Below are positions 52,218-64,000 of a stretch of 64,000 nucleotides of DNA, in pieces. The notes under the pieces were generated by a model that ran no database searches, was not told the origin of the DNA, and was given only the letters and a program-made list of their open reading frames with translations. The DNA comes from Bugula neritina (Eukaryota; Animalia; Bryozoa): positions 2,170,001 to 2,234,000 of the forward strand of contig OZ037772.1 of NCBI GenBank assembly GCA_964035545.1. Direction: 5' to 3'. Every line of letters begins with the position of its first letter. Positions within the stretch are counted from its first letter, which is position 1. A program made the position numbers and the translations under genes.

Positions 52218-55046
52218 GTTATAAGTTATAACATTATATATTTATGTATAGAGAGAAAGCAGTTTATGCTGCAGCAGACTTATGCAATTTCTATTTGTTG
52301 TACTTCTATTATTTTAATTATAAGTATATAATTAAAACTAATTTAGTTAATATTAGAAAAGTGATGTTTGTGTCAGTTCAACCCCAAGTGAGTTACTTTA
52401 CGCCAATGTGGCTTATGATATAAATTCTGCGTATTTGTCAGATTTGGCTTTACATATTATCTGTGTATATATATATAATCTAGCTGCTTATACACTAGAT
52501 GTTCCCAGCTTTTGTCGATTGTGTTATTGCTAATTAAATTTGTTGTGCAAACTACAGCAGTGCTTCTGATTCATGTATTAATCTCAATCTTGGATACAAA
52601 ACTGCAAGTATAAGCCTCTTTTTAATAATGTAAATGTTTATTGAGTGTGGTATTTTTTTCCTCAATTAGGCTGGTGTGAACAACCAACGCAGTTTTACTG
52701 TTAAACGCTCAGCATACAGGATGTGTCATTAATTTATGTTGCTAAAATAAAACAATTTAATATTTCAGTCCTATAATAATTTATATATTATAGTCTGTTG
52801 CATGGATAGCATGCAGCTATAGTATATATAGTTCTGTACTATAAGTGTTTGTATCCCTTTACTGTCAACTTAATATTTATTTCCTTAAGCCATCAAACCT
52901 CAATATTCATAAATTATTGTTTTTTATCCTGATTTCTATTTTTTTCTAATATGTTATTAAAAATCTTATAAAAGCTGTCAACAAAGTGTACCGTGAAAGA
53001 TATAACTATATATAAAAACAATTTGTAATTGGTAAAAAGTTCATATTGAGACTGCATGATGCTTTTTCATAGTGTCTATATGCATGCAGTACAAATAGAA
53101 AAGTAGGTAAAATATTATATTAGAGCACACCTTAGACATGGCAAAAATTGTTTTTTACACAAAGTTAATCAATGCAGCAACCTTGCCAGAAAATGCCTCT
53201 TAAACGTAAAGGTGCAATCTGTTTTTCTGAGCATCACCAATATATGCCTATACACATATGTATTACATTTCACTATTGTAAGAAGAAATAACCTGTTATA
53301 GCAGCTATACATGCCTACAATTTTTGTCACTTACAGTATGTGGGTAACTAGTCAATATTCCGAAGACCCATTAATTAGTCCAAAAGTGATTGTTTATTAA
53401 AATATAAAACTGTTGTTGCTTTTGTTTTGTAGGCCTATATGCATGTATTGTATTGTAATTAGTTAAAAAGAGACGTTTAATGTTCTTAATTGAACTTAAT
53501 TTTTTGCTAGTGCTTTATTTATATTTTCAAGCTTTTTGTTTTTTGCATTACTGTCCAGAATAAATTATATAACTCAGCATTAAATATTCAGCATAAATTC
53601 CAAATTGCATACGGCCCAGTATATATTATAATAATTATATGCACGCAAAGATGGCTAATGATGGCAAAGAAAGTTTTATTTATAAATTCCTATTCTTAGT
53701 AAAGTATGATTATGAAAAACAGTGCAATATAAGTACCAATAATTTTAAAATCTATTTTACTTCTACTGTAACAATATATAGTATGGTGTAATTTGCACAG
53801 CAACTTGTTCCAGTCAGGGTGTACTAGAAAAATATTTTCGGACTATAATGATCCATCCTCTAGCACTCGTGGTAATTGAAAAGCTTATTAAATTTTAGTT
53901 TGATGTGTAGGTAAAGAATAAATTGCAAGAATGTAACTTAATTTGCTAAATCAGATCCCAGGTTTTCTTGATTATTGCACCAGCTCTCAATTATATATTT
54001 TACTTATTAAATCCGAAGGTTTAGCCCAGTGCTCAGTATCTAATTGGCATGCATGCATTCATGCTGTCCACCTGTTAAATAATATTTTAAAAGTAAAATA
54101 AAGTCTACAGCTATAGTCATATTTATGCTCTCATTGTTTATACATACCGATGTGTAGAATTTGAATAAAAATTTGGCAAAAAAACTACGCTAAGGCGATC
54201 AATCCTGTGGTTACGGTGCCACTGATAACCCTACTAGGCCACTCTAACGCACACTGATGAGGGTATGCACAAAGTGAGTAACTATCATGACTCAAACTTA
54301 TACAGCTATGGATGGGAACTGGTTATATTAGTTCAGCAGTATGTTTACCAGCTGTGCATAGCAATCTTGTTTCAATTTTTTTACTATAGCCTATATGACT
54401 CTGTGGTTGATGGCCATATGGCTACTGATGCTAATGGTTTTGAATAAACCCAAAAGTTAAAAATAAGTAGATTGCACATTACTATAAGGCACAACCAGGC
54501 ACCTGAGGAGAAGCATTGCAGCTATGCATATAATATTATACTGATGCATAAGAGGTAATTTATCATAATATAGTTCAACATTCCTTCTTTTAAGAAAAAA
54601 TACAGCCTTTATTTTAGGTTTACCCAGCAAACCATGAAATGATCTAAATTAATATTAAAAGTGCATTTTGAAAACTCAGGTTAATTGCGCTTATTCATAA
54701 ATTAATAATAGATATTAATATGTAAAAATATAATGCATATCATGTATAATATCATTATATTATTATATAATACTATATTATATTACCACTATATTTGCGT
54801 TATATTTTAAGTTGTGCTTCACATCTTGATTTTCTTAATGTAAAAATTTAAATTCAATATGTGCCTGAGGAGTGCCAAAGAATTGCAAAATTAATAGTAG
54901 CACAGGCTCAGTATAGTTCGGAGCAAAGTGAACAAAAGTTCTGTGCAATAAAATTTGATTTAAAACTTTTTATTACTATAAGCTCCATGTGCATTATATA
55001 TACACAATCATAGAATAAAATGTAAAGATGTAATAGTGTAAGAATG

Positions 55047-55048
<2 letters not shown>

Positions 55049-55106
<58 letters not shown>
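55049..55106. repeat. (TA)n microsatellite
   Basis: Direct inspection. Confidence 0.97.
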
Positions 55107-55111
<5 letters not shown>

Positions 55112-57829
55112 CATACAGGATATAATATGAAAATGCCTATGAAAGCTATAAAATAAAAATTATAAAGCCGAAGGATTGAAATTATTTATAAATAGATAAA
55201 ATGAAAGTAAAATAGTTGAAGGATTGAACTATTAAGCCACATTTTCTAAAAGGGGTTTTCTATAAGCTTGTCTGCATGTTGTTACAGCTTCACGGTGTTT
55301 TTAAAAAAGATTAAAAAGTATATTAGAGGAAGTAAGTTCCCCTTTATATTGTTTGTTGCTGTGACATTCAATCTGTTTGAGCTATCAGTGATGGAATTCA
55401 TATGAAGTCTTAATTGTTATAAAAATAACGTTGTGACTTGTTATACAGTTTGGCAATATTTACCAAAATATTGCTTGATTCATAATAGTTTTTACATTGC
55501 AATTTATGGCATCAGTTGAGACTTGCACTCTAACAAAATACCAAGAAAACCAAACTTATGGCTGTACTACAGTGAAAAGTGGTTGGTTATACTAGTTCTA
55601 TATAGTGGCTGCACTAACCATGGTCCTAGCAGTTGACCTACCATGGTATTGCCAGGTGTAGAACAAATCCTGTGGTGTATGCAAGCTATTCACATAGCTA
55701 GCTAAAATTATTACTGATGAGTTTACGAAATTGTTGGTTAACATAATGCAGTTTGTAATGTGGATGACAATGCACCATGCAATTATGTAATCTGTTTTGT
55801 AAATATTACTATAGTTGTGTTGTTTTCTTTTGTTTTCTAAATCCCCTTTATCTTTGTGGTTTGTATATAATATTGTCAGTCTTGGAAATGTATTTGCAGT
55901 TCACAACAGGGCACTAAATATTATATGGAAAGAAATGGTTAATGACACAGAAGTTGACAAGTTAACTATACAAGTAGTTTACGAATGCATTAACAGAATG
56001 CATTTACAGAACGTGTTACTGTGACAAAAAGGCCAGCAGCCAGCTAAACCTGTAATGCATAACTTGGTGACGTTATGATATGTTTGAAGTTGCTTTGAAG
56101 TACTTTATGCCATGGCAGAGACGCACTACTCTCCACTTGTGGTAGCAATTAGTTTACTATTCCAATCACCGGCCTCTTGAATTTCTATAAGGGCCAAACT
56201 GGTGTGCCAAACATCATGCTTGTTGTGTTGTATAAATAAGTACTGCAATGAATTACTACCAACTTTCTTACTGTCACTACACTTTATTATCTGAAATCTC
56301 GAAGTTAACTGACCCACTTGATAAACAAACAGTATGTCCCAACAGTTACATAGCACTTTTAAAACCACAACATAATTACTTTGACAGCATAATTGCATCG
56401 CTATAACATTCCACAATATAAGGCTACTAGCAGGTATAAGTCGTGGGATAATATTATAAGCATAGCTTTAGTAAACAGATACAAACATTACAATGCTATT
56501 CTTTCAAAACATAACCGCTGCTTTGCACGTATCAGTTTTAGCAGACAAAGAATGTATACTAAATACTACACTGTAGCAGCAAAGTTACAGGAAGTCTATT
56601 GAAGTAGAAAGTTTATTTTTAGATTACTATTGAGCTGTGCAACTGTACAGAGAACTAAGCACGCAAAGTTTAAATATTTGGCACCTGAGCCACAATCCAA
56701 AAATTAATAAAAGTATAGCACGTGTGCATAGTTAATACCAGTAATAGTTCTTATTAGTTGTTTGCCTTTGGCAGTATAGGTAAGCCTTGCAGTTGTTTTA
56801 AATAGAGTACTTTCATAATGGAGAAATAACTTGAAACATGTAGCAAAAAACTTGTTATTGAACAGGGCCTGTGTAACTACTCTGCTAACTATTTAATTGG
56901 TAGTTATTTAGGTCAAAATTGACCATGGTTGACATTGATTTCTTCATTACTGGCTTCTATGACTGATCATTATGGGACTTATTTGCTTGCAATAACTTAT
57001 CTATTGTGGTTTCTGTTTATGTAACTTTTAAATTCTTATTATGCAATGAGACATTCATTGTACAATGCAATGATAATGATGGGAGCTAAGTGTGTGTAAG
57101 CTGCTTGCTGCTTGCTAAAATAATTTGAAGTTTTTTAAATGAATCATTATGTGTACAAAAAGGCAAAACCTAATGTCGTTATTGTTGGAGAGAAGATGTG
57201 GTTAACTGTCTAAAAATACTAGCTAGCATTGGATAAAAGATAATAAATGTAGCTTTTTGGTCTTTGAGACCTATTATATTATACATTACAGATAATTTGT
57301 CATGCAATGTTCATAGATTTAGAAATGTATCAGGTTAGTATTATTTCCTCACCACTCAAGTGAAAAATCCATTAATACTCCTATAGCTAGAATTTTGTGC
57401 TGTGTAACTAATTACTAAGGTGTAAGTTTGAGAAACCAATGCTAGAATATAGTCCTTGTGGTTATGGGAGAGAGAGATGAGGTATTTGTTTGTCAACCAA
57501 TATAATATATATATATTGCAGGCTTGCTTATTACAGAGCGCAATACAATAAAAATTATAAAAATAAAGAATGATAGTATGACAACATAACCATATATGAG
57601 TATTATATCAATCAGAGTGCAACTGTCACTGCAAATCATCTCTATTACATAGCAAAATGTTCTTTTCTTATGCAAGTGTTCTTGTAAAAGTGCAACTGCA
57701 CTTAAACTCAAATGGCCACTTTCTTCTAGATCTGTAAAACAAAAATATGTTTTAACAGTCAAAGTAAATAAGTTGAAGTGAGGGCTTCATTAAAGTGACA
57801 CATAACAATGGAGTACCCGAACCAGAGGT

Positions 57830-58230
57830 AGAGAAAAGCATAAGGTAAGTGGAGAGATTTTGCTTGGTTGTTGCAATGCAAGAAGGCTCCAACAAAATTG
57901 AAAATGCTGATATGAAAATGTGCATCTGACTGGCAATATTTTATGGCAGTAAATTATGGCCGCCGACAGCACCTAGTTCCTAGTACCTAGAGGATCAATG
58001 AAGATGAGTTGCGATAAATCTATGGACAAAAGGAATGAGGAGATCTGAGACAGGGCAGCAGTAAAAGCATTAACCATGTGGGGAAAAGAAGGCTGAAATA
58101 GTGTGGGCACCTATGTAGCAGAGAACAATAAAACAAGAAGGGATCAGCTACATCAGTGTGAAACTGGAGAGAAAGGGAGCAAGACCAAAACATTTAAGCA
58201 TGGGGGTTAAAAATTAAAAGAAATCATCGA
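57830..58230 (+). mobile_element. Old RTE-clade LINE 3' fragment
   Basis: Broken frames give KKAPTKLKML..AIFYGSKLW, RNEEI*DRA and KRRLK*CGHL, resembling the RTE motifs LxYGxExW, RNEEIR and RRLxWxGH. Confidence 0.55.
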
Positions 58231-59919
58231 TTGAGTTGGAAATGAACAAACCCTGTCACCTAAACGAATGCAGTGAAGAATAGGGGGATGGTACAATTAA
58301 GTAAAACAAGAAGTATGAGAGTGACACCACTTGTGAAGCTGAAGTTATATTTAATTTAATTAATTTGTAAAATATATCAATACAAACTTTAATGACAGTC
58401 TCATAGGCTGGCAGTGAGATGAGATGATATGTACTTAGCAGCAATGAGTAAAATCTGACTGAAAACCAAAGCAGACAGTGAGGTAAACATTTGATTTATA
58501 GCAGAATACATTCAAAATTGAAACTACCTCAAAATAAACTCTAGTCCTCGTCAGATGAGTCAAAATAGATTGGCTGTAAGTAGTCATCATCCATAATTTC
58601 ATCTGATTATACTGCAAAACAAAATGAAGAATTTTGTTAATCACATGTACGAGTTTGAAATAAATTATGGTTAAAAAAATTAACATAACAAATTGTCCAG
58701 CATTTAGTGCATTTTAAAGCCTTTAATCATAAACCACAATGGCATGCAGTGTAAATGTTGCAGCTGTGGCCTGGTGAATACGGATATTTTCCAACTGTAG
58801 CCCTTTTTTCTATAAAAAAAAAAAAACAATTTCGAACCTAAAAGGCTCAAAGTCAAAAATAGTTAATTTTAGAAGTTTGATTCTATAGTTTAAATCAACA
58901 TTTCCATAGGGGTAGTTGGAGTCTAAACATTCACTAGATTAACATAGTAAAAAATTGGAAACATACATTATTTTCAACGTTATACGTTACCTAAAACTAA
59001 AATATATTCAATACTAAAACATCTATTAAAGCGTAGTAACTGACATGTCAAAATGTGTGCCTTAGCGAACATCACACTCAAAAAGTAATCGTGAGAGGAA
59101 ACAAGCTTTGCTTCCATTTTAGACGTCAGGGGAAGTACTGTCACACTATGTTGGTGGCAATAGATTATGCACCAAGAAATTATTTTTTAAAACTTCTCAG
59201 AAATATAATTAAACGTTGAAGATTCTGCAGGCAAAAAATTTCGAATACCGAATATGTTTTTAGAAGCAGAGGACAAATTACATTTGCAACTAATTTAAAG
59301 TAAAAATAGTCGCTAAACAAACTTTAAATGCACTCTATGAATAAAAGTCAGCAATGCCTTAATTTACTCACTTGCATTATATAGGGATAAGCACATATCT
59401 CCCCCTCTCCATACCCAAGGCCTTACATATAAATGCCTGAAGTTGTCTTTGCAGCTTTCCATTCAATTCCTCCATAGTGGCCACCAACTAAAATCTTCTG
59501 AAAAATTAAATAATAATATCATATATACTTACAATTCTTATCTGTTCCCTTACATTCAAAAAAGCAAAAATGAGACACTGTGCTTTCAACGGTCACTTAA
59601 CAAATAAATAGTCTAGCTAGACTGAGCATTTAACAGCAGAACAAGCTACACACGCACGCACCGAACTGTTTGAACATCCAACTCACAAACAGATGAGAGC
59701 TAAGATATTAGAAATAATTATTGCATTAGTGTATAAATTGTGTCAGAGAATTTTTAAATATTAGGAATAGACACAAATTGATGTAAAATCAAGCAAGCAA
59801 ACTAAACGTAGTATTTTAATAAATATGTACAATGCACTTACTTCTTTCACGCAGTTTCAATCTTTATTTTTCAAGTTTCAACTGCAGCAACATTTCTGAT
59901 GTTATTTTCTGCCATACTC

Positions 59920-60640
59920 TTTTCAGTCAATGTCTCAAGTTTGTGGTATGGATATAAATGCTGTTAAACAAAAGCCATGATTTTCAATAAATCGGCACCA
60001 CATTTAAAATCAACACGACCCTAGAATCTAGATGCTACATCAGTACAACAGACAATAAAAATGGTAAATCTTGGGAGCGTTAAAAACTGATATTGGATGG
60101 TAAATGTGAACGAAAAATCAAGAGAAGAATTGAAATTCCGAAAAATGTTTTCCAGAATATTTCTCAGGTATATTGACATTAAGAAAACGAAAATACAAAC
60201 ACAAAAGATAATATTACTTCCATGCTTTGTGTGCAGTCAACACTACTATATAAATGTAAAAGATAGTCACCACTTAAATCAACAATTAAAAGATTAGAAG
60301 TTTTTGGAATGTGGCCATATAAAAGAATGGTGAGAGCATCTTGGACAGAATATAAAACTGATGAAGGGATATTAAACATGGCAAATACAAAAAGATTATT
60401 AATGAAATATATTTTAAAACAAAATTGCCGATATTTTCAATATATTCAAAGAACTACACTAGAAGCAGAGATTGAATGAAAGAGATGAAGAGGCCAGCCT
60501 AAAGGTATATGGATGGACAATTTCAAAGACTGGACTAAGATTAGCAACAGATACTGTTTACGAATGGCATGAGAAATATCCAAATAGAGATTCATGACAG
60601 TCAATCTGCGACTAGTGGATGACATATGATGAACCAACTC
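59920..60640 (+). mobile_element. Old RTE-clade LINE 3' fragment
   Basis: KRLEVFGMWPYKRMVRASWTE and RGQPKGIWMDNFKDWT resemble the RTE motifs RLEAFEMWxxRRMLRISWT and RGRPxxxWxDxIxEWT. Confidence 0.7.
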
Positions 60641-62984
60641 AGTTAGACTCAGAAAAAGTTGAAAACGGGTAGAAATAACGTAATACTAAAAGTCCCACTG
60701 CGGCCTCTTGCAATTTAACAAATGCAAAAAATTCTTCCCCATATAACAAGCAGATATCATTAATTATTAATCAGTAAGACATCTGCTAAGCATAGACTTC
60801 CAAGGTTTCATAGTTGATTGTAAGAACAAGGTTGGTAAAGGTTTTTGAGTATTACAATAAAGATAAAAATCAACCCTTAGTGTTTTAGGGTAAATGAGCA
60901 AAAATTCTGCTTAGGAAACAGCAGCTGGTCTTGAGTCTTAGGAAAGTGGAGCAAAACTTATGATGTTGACGGCTATCATTATTTATGCTATATCAGATGT
61001 ATATCATACTAATAAAACTATAACCGTAAATGTAAAAAATATATTTCATATGGGAGAGTACTCACTCAAAATGGCTTATTCATTTGAAATTGCAAATAAC
61101 ACTCATAAGTAACAAAACATATACCAATATAAGAACAGTCACTATAAGACAATGAGTATCATATAGGCTACCACAAAAACTAAAAGCATCTACACTTGTG
61201 ATACATTTAGTACTAAAGCACTTGCATACCTACAGTAGCAGTCTGTTGTCAATAATGATTCTCACAGTTCCCAATCCAAAGTACACTTTGCAGTTATTAT
61301 AATTGACATAATAATCAGTAATGATAATTGCAATATTATTATTAATGTAAATCATGATAATATTGAAAATAACTACAACCATGAGTACCTTAATTATGAT
61401 TAAAAAAAAATTAGAATTATTATAAATGTGAGTCTTTGAGGTATCGCTAGTAAATGCTATAGGTATATTTTTTACTTATGTTTATTGTATTAGAAAAATA
61501 GTACTACCAGTATCAGTATTACTATCACATTGAAGTATGAGTATGACCAAAATGAATTACTTATTTACTATACTAAAAATGCGTAATCATACTGTACAAC
61601 TTTAAATTTTAGCTGCATACATAGAAACCTAAGTGATAACAATAATGCTATAAGTGTTATTACTATAGTTACTGACTCACTCAGTAGCTGAGTACGGAGT
61701 AGTACAAATTTAAAAATAGTAACATTTGGTAATACAAATGATACAGTAATACTAATAGTATTAGTAATAGTAAAACTGAAAGTATTAAAAAACTATCTAA
61801 TTCTATGTGTTTATAAGAAAACTTACAACATAAAATATGAATATTTAATATAAATAAATGGGTGCAGGTCATTCCGCACACACATGATAGGTCGGTGTCA
61901 TCCCACATGAACGCTTTCCAGTTAGTCGCGATTTATTTTTATTGGTACAATATATATTTTATGTGCCATTTGTTTGAATATTATTTAAATATATGTATGT
62001 ACTTAAATAAAGCAGGCATTGAGCACATAAATAAATCTCGTTGATTTGCATTAACATATTTATTTTACACATTTTTTGCTTCTTGTTTGAACAGATATTT
62101 TATTGATGAATATTCATTAATTAAAGATAATGTTTATTAATAATATATTACTGCTTTTTGTCCCACACAAATCTATGAAAATTAGAGTATTATTCCAGAT
62201 AATTCATGTTAGCTAATATAGCTATTAGCATTTTAGCTATTTAGCAATCAATACAACAGTTATATAGGTATACATATATTTATATATATAAGTATATTAC
62301 TAGATAATTATATAGCACTAAAATAAAAAATAGCTTCTAACTGGGAATCATTCAAGTGGGAAATTTAGCCTATCATCTAACTGCGATGCAACCGATAGGT
62401 CGTTTTGCACACATCAATATAAATTAACCAAAATACATATTTTTAAATTTTTTTATTATTAATTGATGTAGGAGACTACGAGCCATACAGTACTTGTCAC
62501 AAGTAACTTGAACATTTCATAATAGATGATAGATTAATATACACCACTGATCAAAATTAAACCAAAAAATAGTACTAGTAGTGTGTTCAATTAAAACAAA
62601 GATTACCTTATTTATCATAATCGTTACAGATAAATTAATGTAAAATATTGATCAATAAGTAACATGGGAAGTGTTATAGATACATGCTTAGATGCAATAA
62701 ATAAGGAAACTAGTATCATTCAATTGGTTATCCAACGAATTAATCCATTTTCTATAAATTGCGTACGAAATAGACGGCAGTTTGTGTAAAAAGCAGCATA
62801 TATTGATAATGGTAATAATGATTGGTAACCACGTGCGTTATAATTATATTGATAAATTGACATCCGAAAATATAATAATATTATTATATTGATTATATTA
62901 TTAGAATTATAACCAAGAATATTAAGTAGTACTATCAGGCATCAGCATCATTATGATTATCAATATAACTTATAGTTATAATCA

Positions 62985-63160
62985 TAGGGCAAGAACGACA
63001 GCCACCTTAACCACAACAACCTGACCACAAATCTAATAGTTAGCACAAGGCAGATGGGTAATGCCTACTGATGTATGTCACCCAAACATAAATAGGAAGT
63101 TGATGAGGTCAATAGTTATTTATAGTGGGCAACACACAACTAGTTACAGTGATAATCTAA
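62985..63160 (+). mobile_element. Second copy of the dispersed repeat at 34301-34505
   Basis: Inverted alignment; it provides the empty site for the 33957-34300 MITE. Confidence 0.7.
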
Positions 63161-64000
63161 ATCATAATGAATTTATGATGATGAATTGAAATAAAAAATA
63201 CAATATCATTATCAATTTCTGTGAATTTGAATATCACCATCACCGTGAACTTGTTTATCATTATCACCATGACTATGAGTATGACTATGAGTATCAGTAT
63301 CAGTATGACTACAAAACTAATTGGTTATTTGTTAATTAGTCTATTAATATAAATATCACTATCAGTATCACTGTGAGTGTGACTGTGAGTATCAGTACGA
63401 TTCAGATTGTGATAGTTATAGTGACACTGACTGTGACAAGCATACAACTGTTTACGTTTCACTTCTGGTATGTAATCTTTCATACTCATACTCATACTGA
63501 TACTCATACTGATACTCGAAGTCAGTTAATATTCAAATTGACATAGTAATAGTTTAACTTTAGGTTTAAGCGATATTCATATTGAGTTATTTATACTCAT
63601 ATTGAATTTGATATTTATATTTTATATAATACAGATATTGATAATGATATGGCATGTGCTAAGCCTAATGCTGAGTAATGCATATTCTCATTCTGATATT
63701 GAATTTGATTATCATTATGATATGCATATTCATATTGATATTCATATTGGATTTGATGTATTGCAAAAACAATTGTCATGGCTTTCAGCCATCAATACGT
63801 CGCTTTTAAACTAATAATTATAAAGATTAAATTAAATAAGAATTTCATTAAGATTTCAAGTAAAAAACTTAAATTAAACTAAACTAAATCAAATTAGTTG
63901 GAGTGATGGAGTGAGCGTCCAGATTTTAAGCACTAGGGAATTGCTATAAGCAGCACGAAATAGGTGTCGTTAAATGCTGAGCTGTGCAAATTCCAGACGC

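Overview
This is AT-rich, intron-containing animal (probably invertebrate) genomic DNA. All exon models and alignments below were read by eye, with no database searches. Host-gene content: (i) a 14-exon, 3'-truncated valyl-tRNA synthetase pseudogene (- strand, 3732-13345) whose last surviving exon abuts a duplicated 3' end of a TRIM gene; (ii) an intact 7-coding-exon RING/B-box/coiled-coil/beta-propeller TRIM-like gene (- strand, 37105-44202, 621 aa), with two more copies of its terminal exon at 114-247 (+) and 2952-3085 (-); (iii) a decayed collagen fragment. The centre of the window (16098-33931) is a nested stack of transposons. The outer one is a PIF/Harbinger element with an open 421-aa transposase and a MADF/BESS-like gene. 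It hosts three insertions: (a) an ISL2EU-type element (THAP-DDE transposase plus SAP-SWIM-YqaJ nuclease) with ~1.07-kb near-perfect TIRs and an AT TSD; (b) a young Gypsy-type LTR element; (c) a solo LTR-like insert. The LTR element is the most unusual object. Its gag ends in a TGA-CTA readthrough context, pol is deleted in frame down to a 38-aa stub carrying an integrase-tail-like motif, and an intact third ORF in the env position encodes a triple zinc-knuckle/coiled-coil protein rather than an envelope. The remaining ~17 kb is mostly decayed LINE, hAT and MITE material plus low-complexity DNA.
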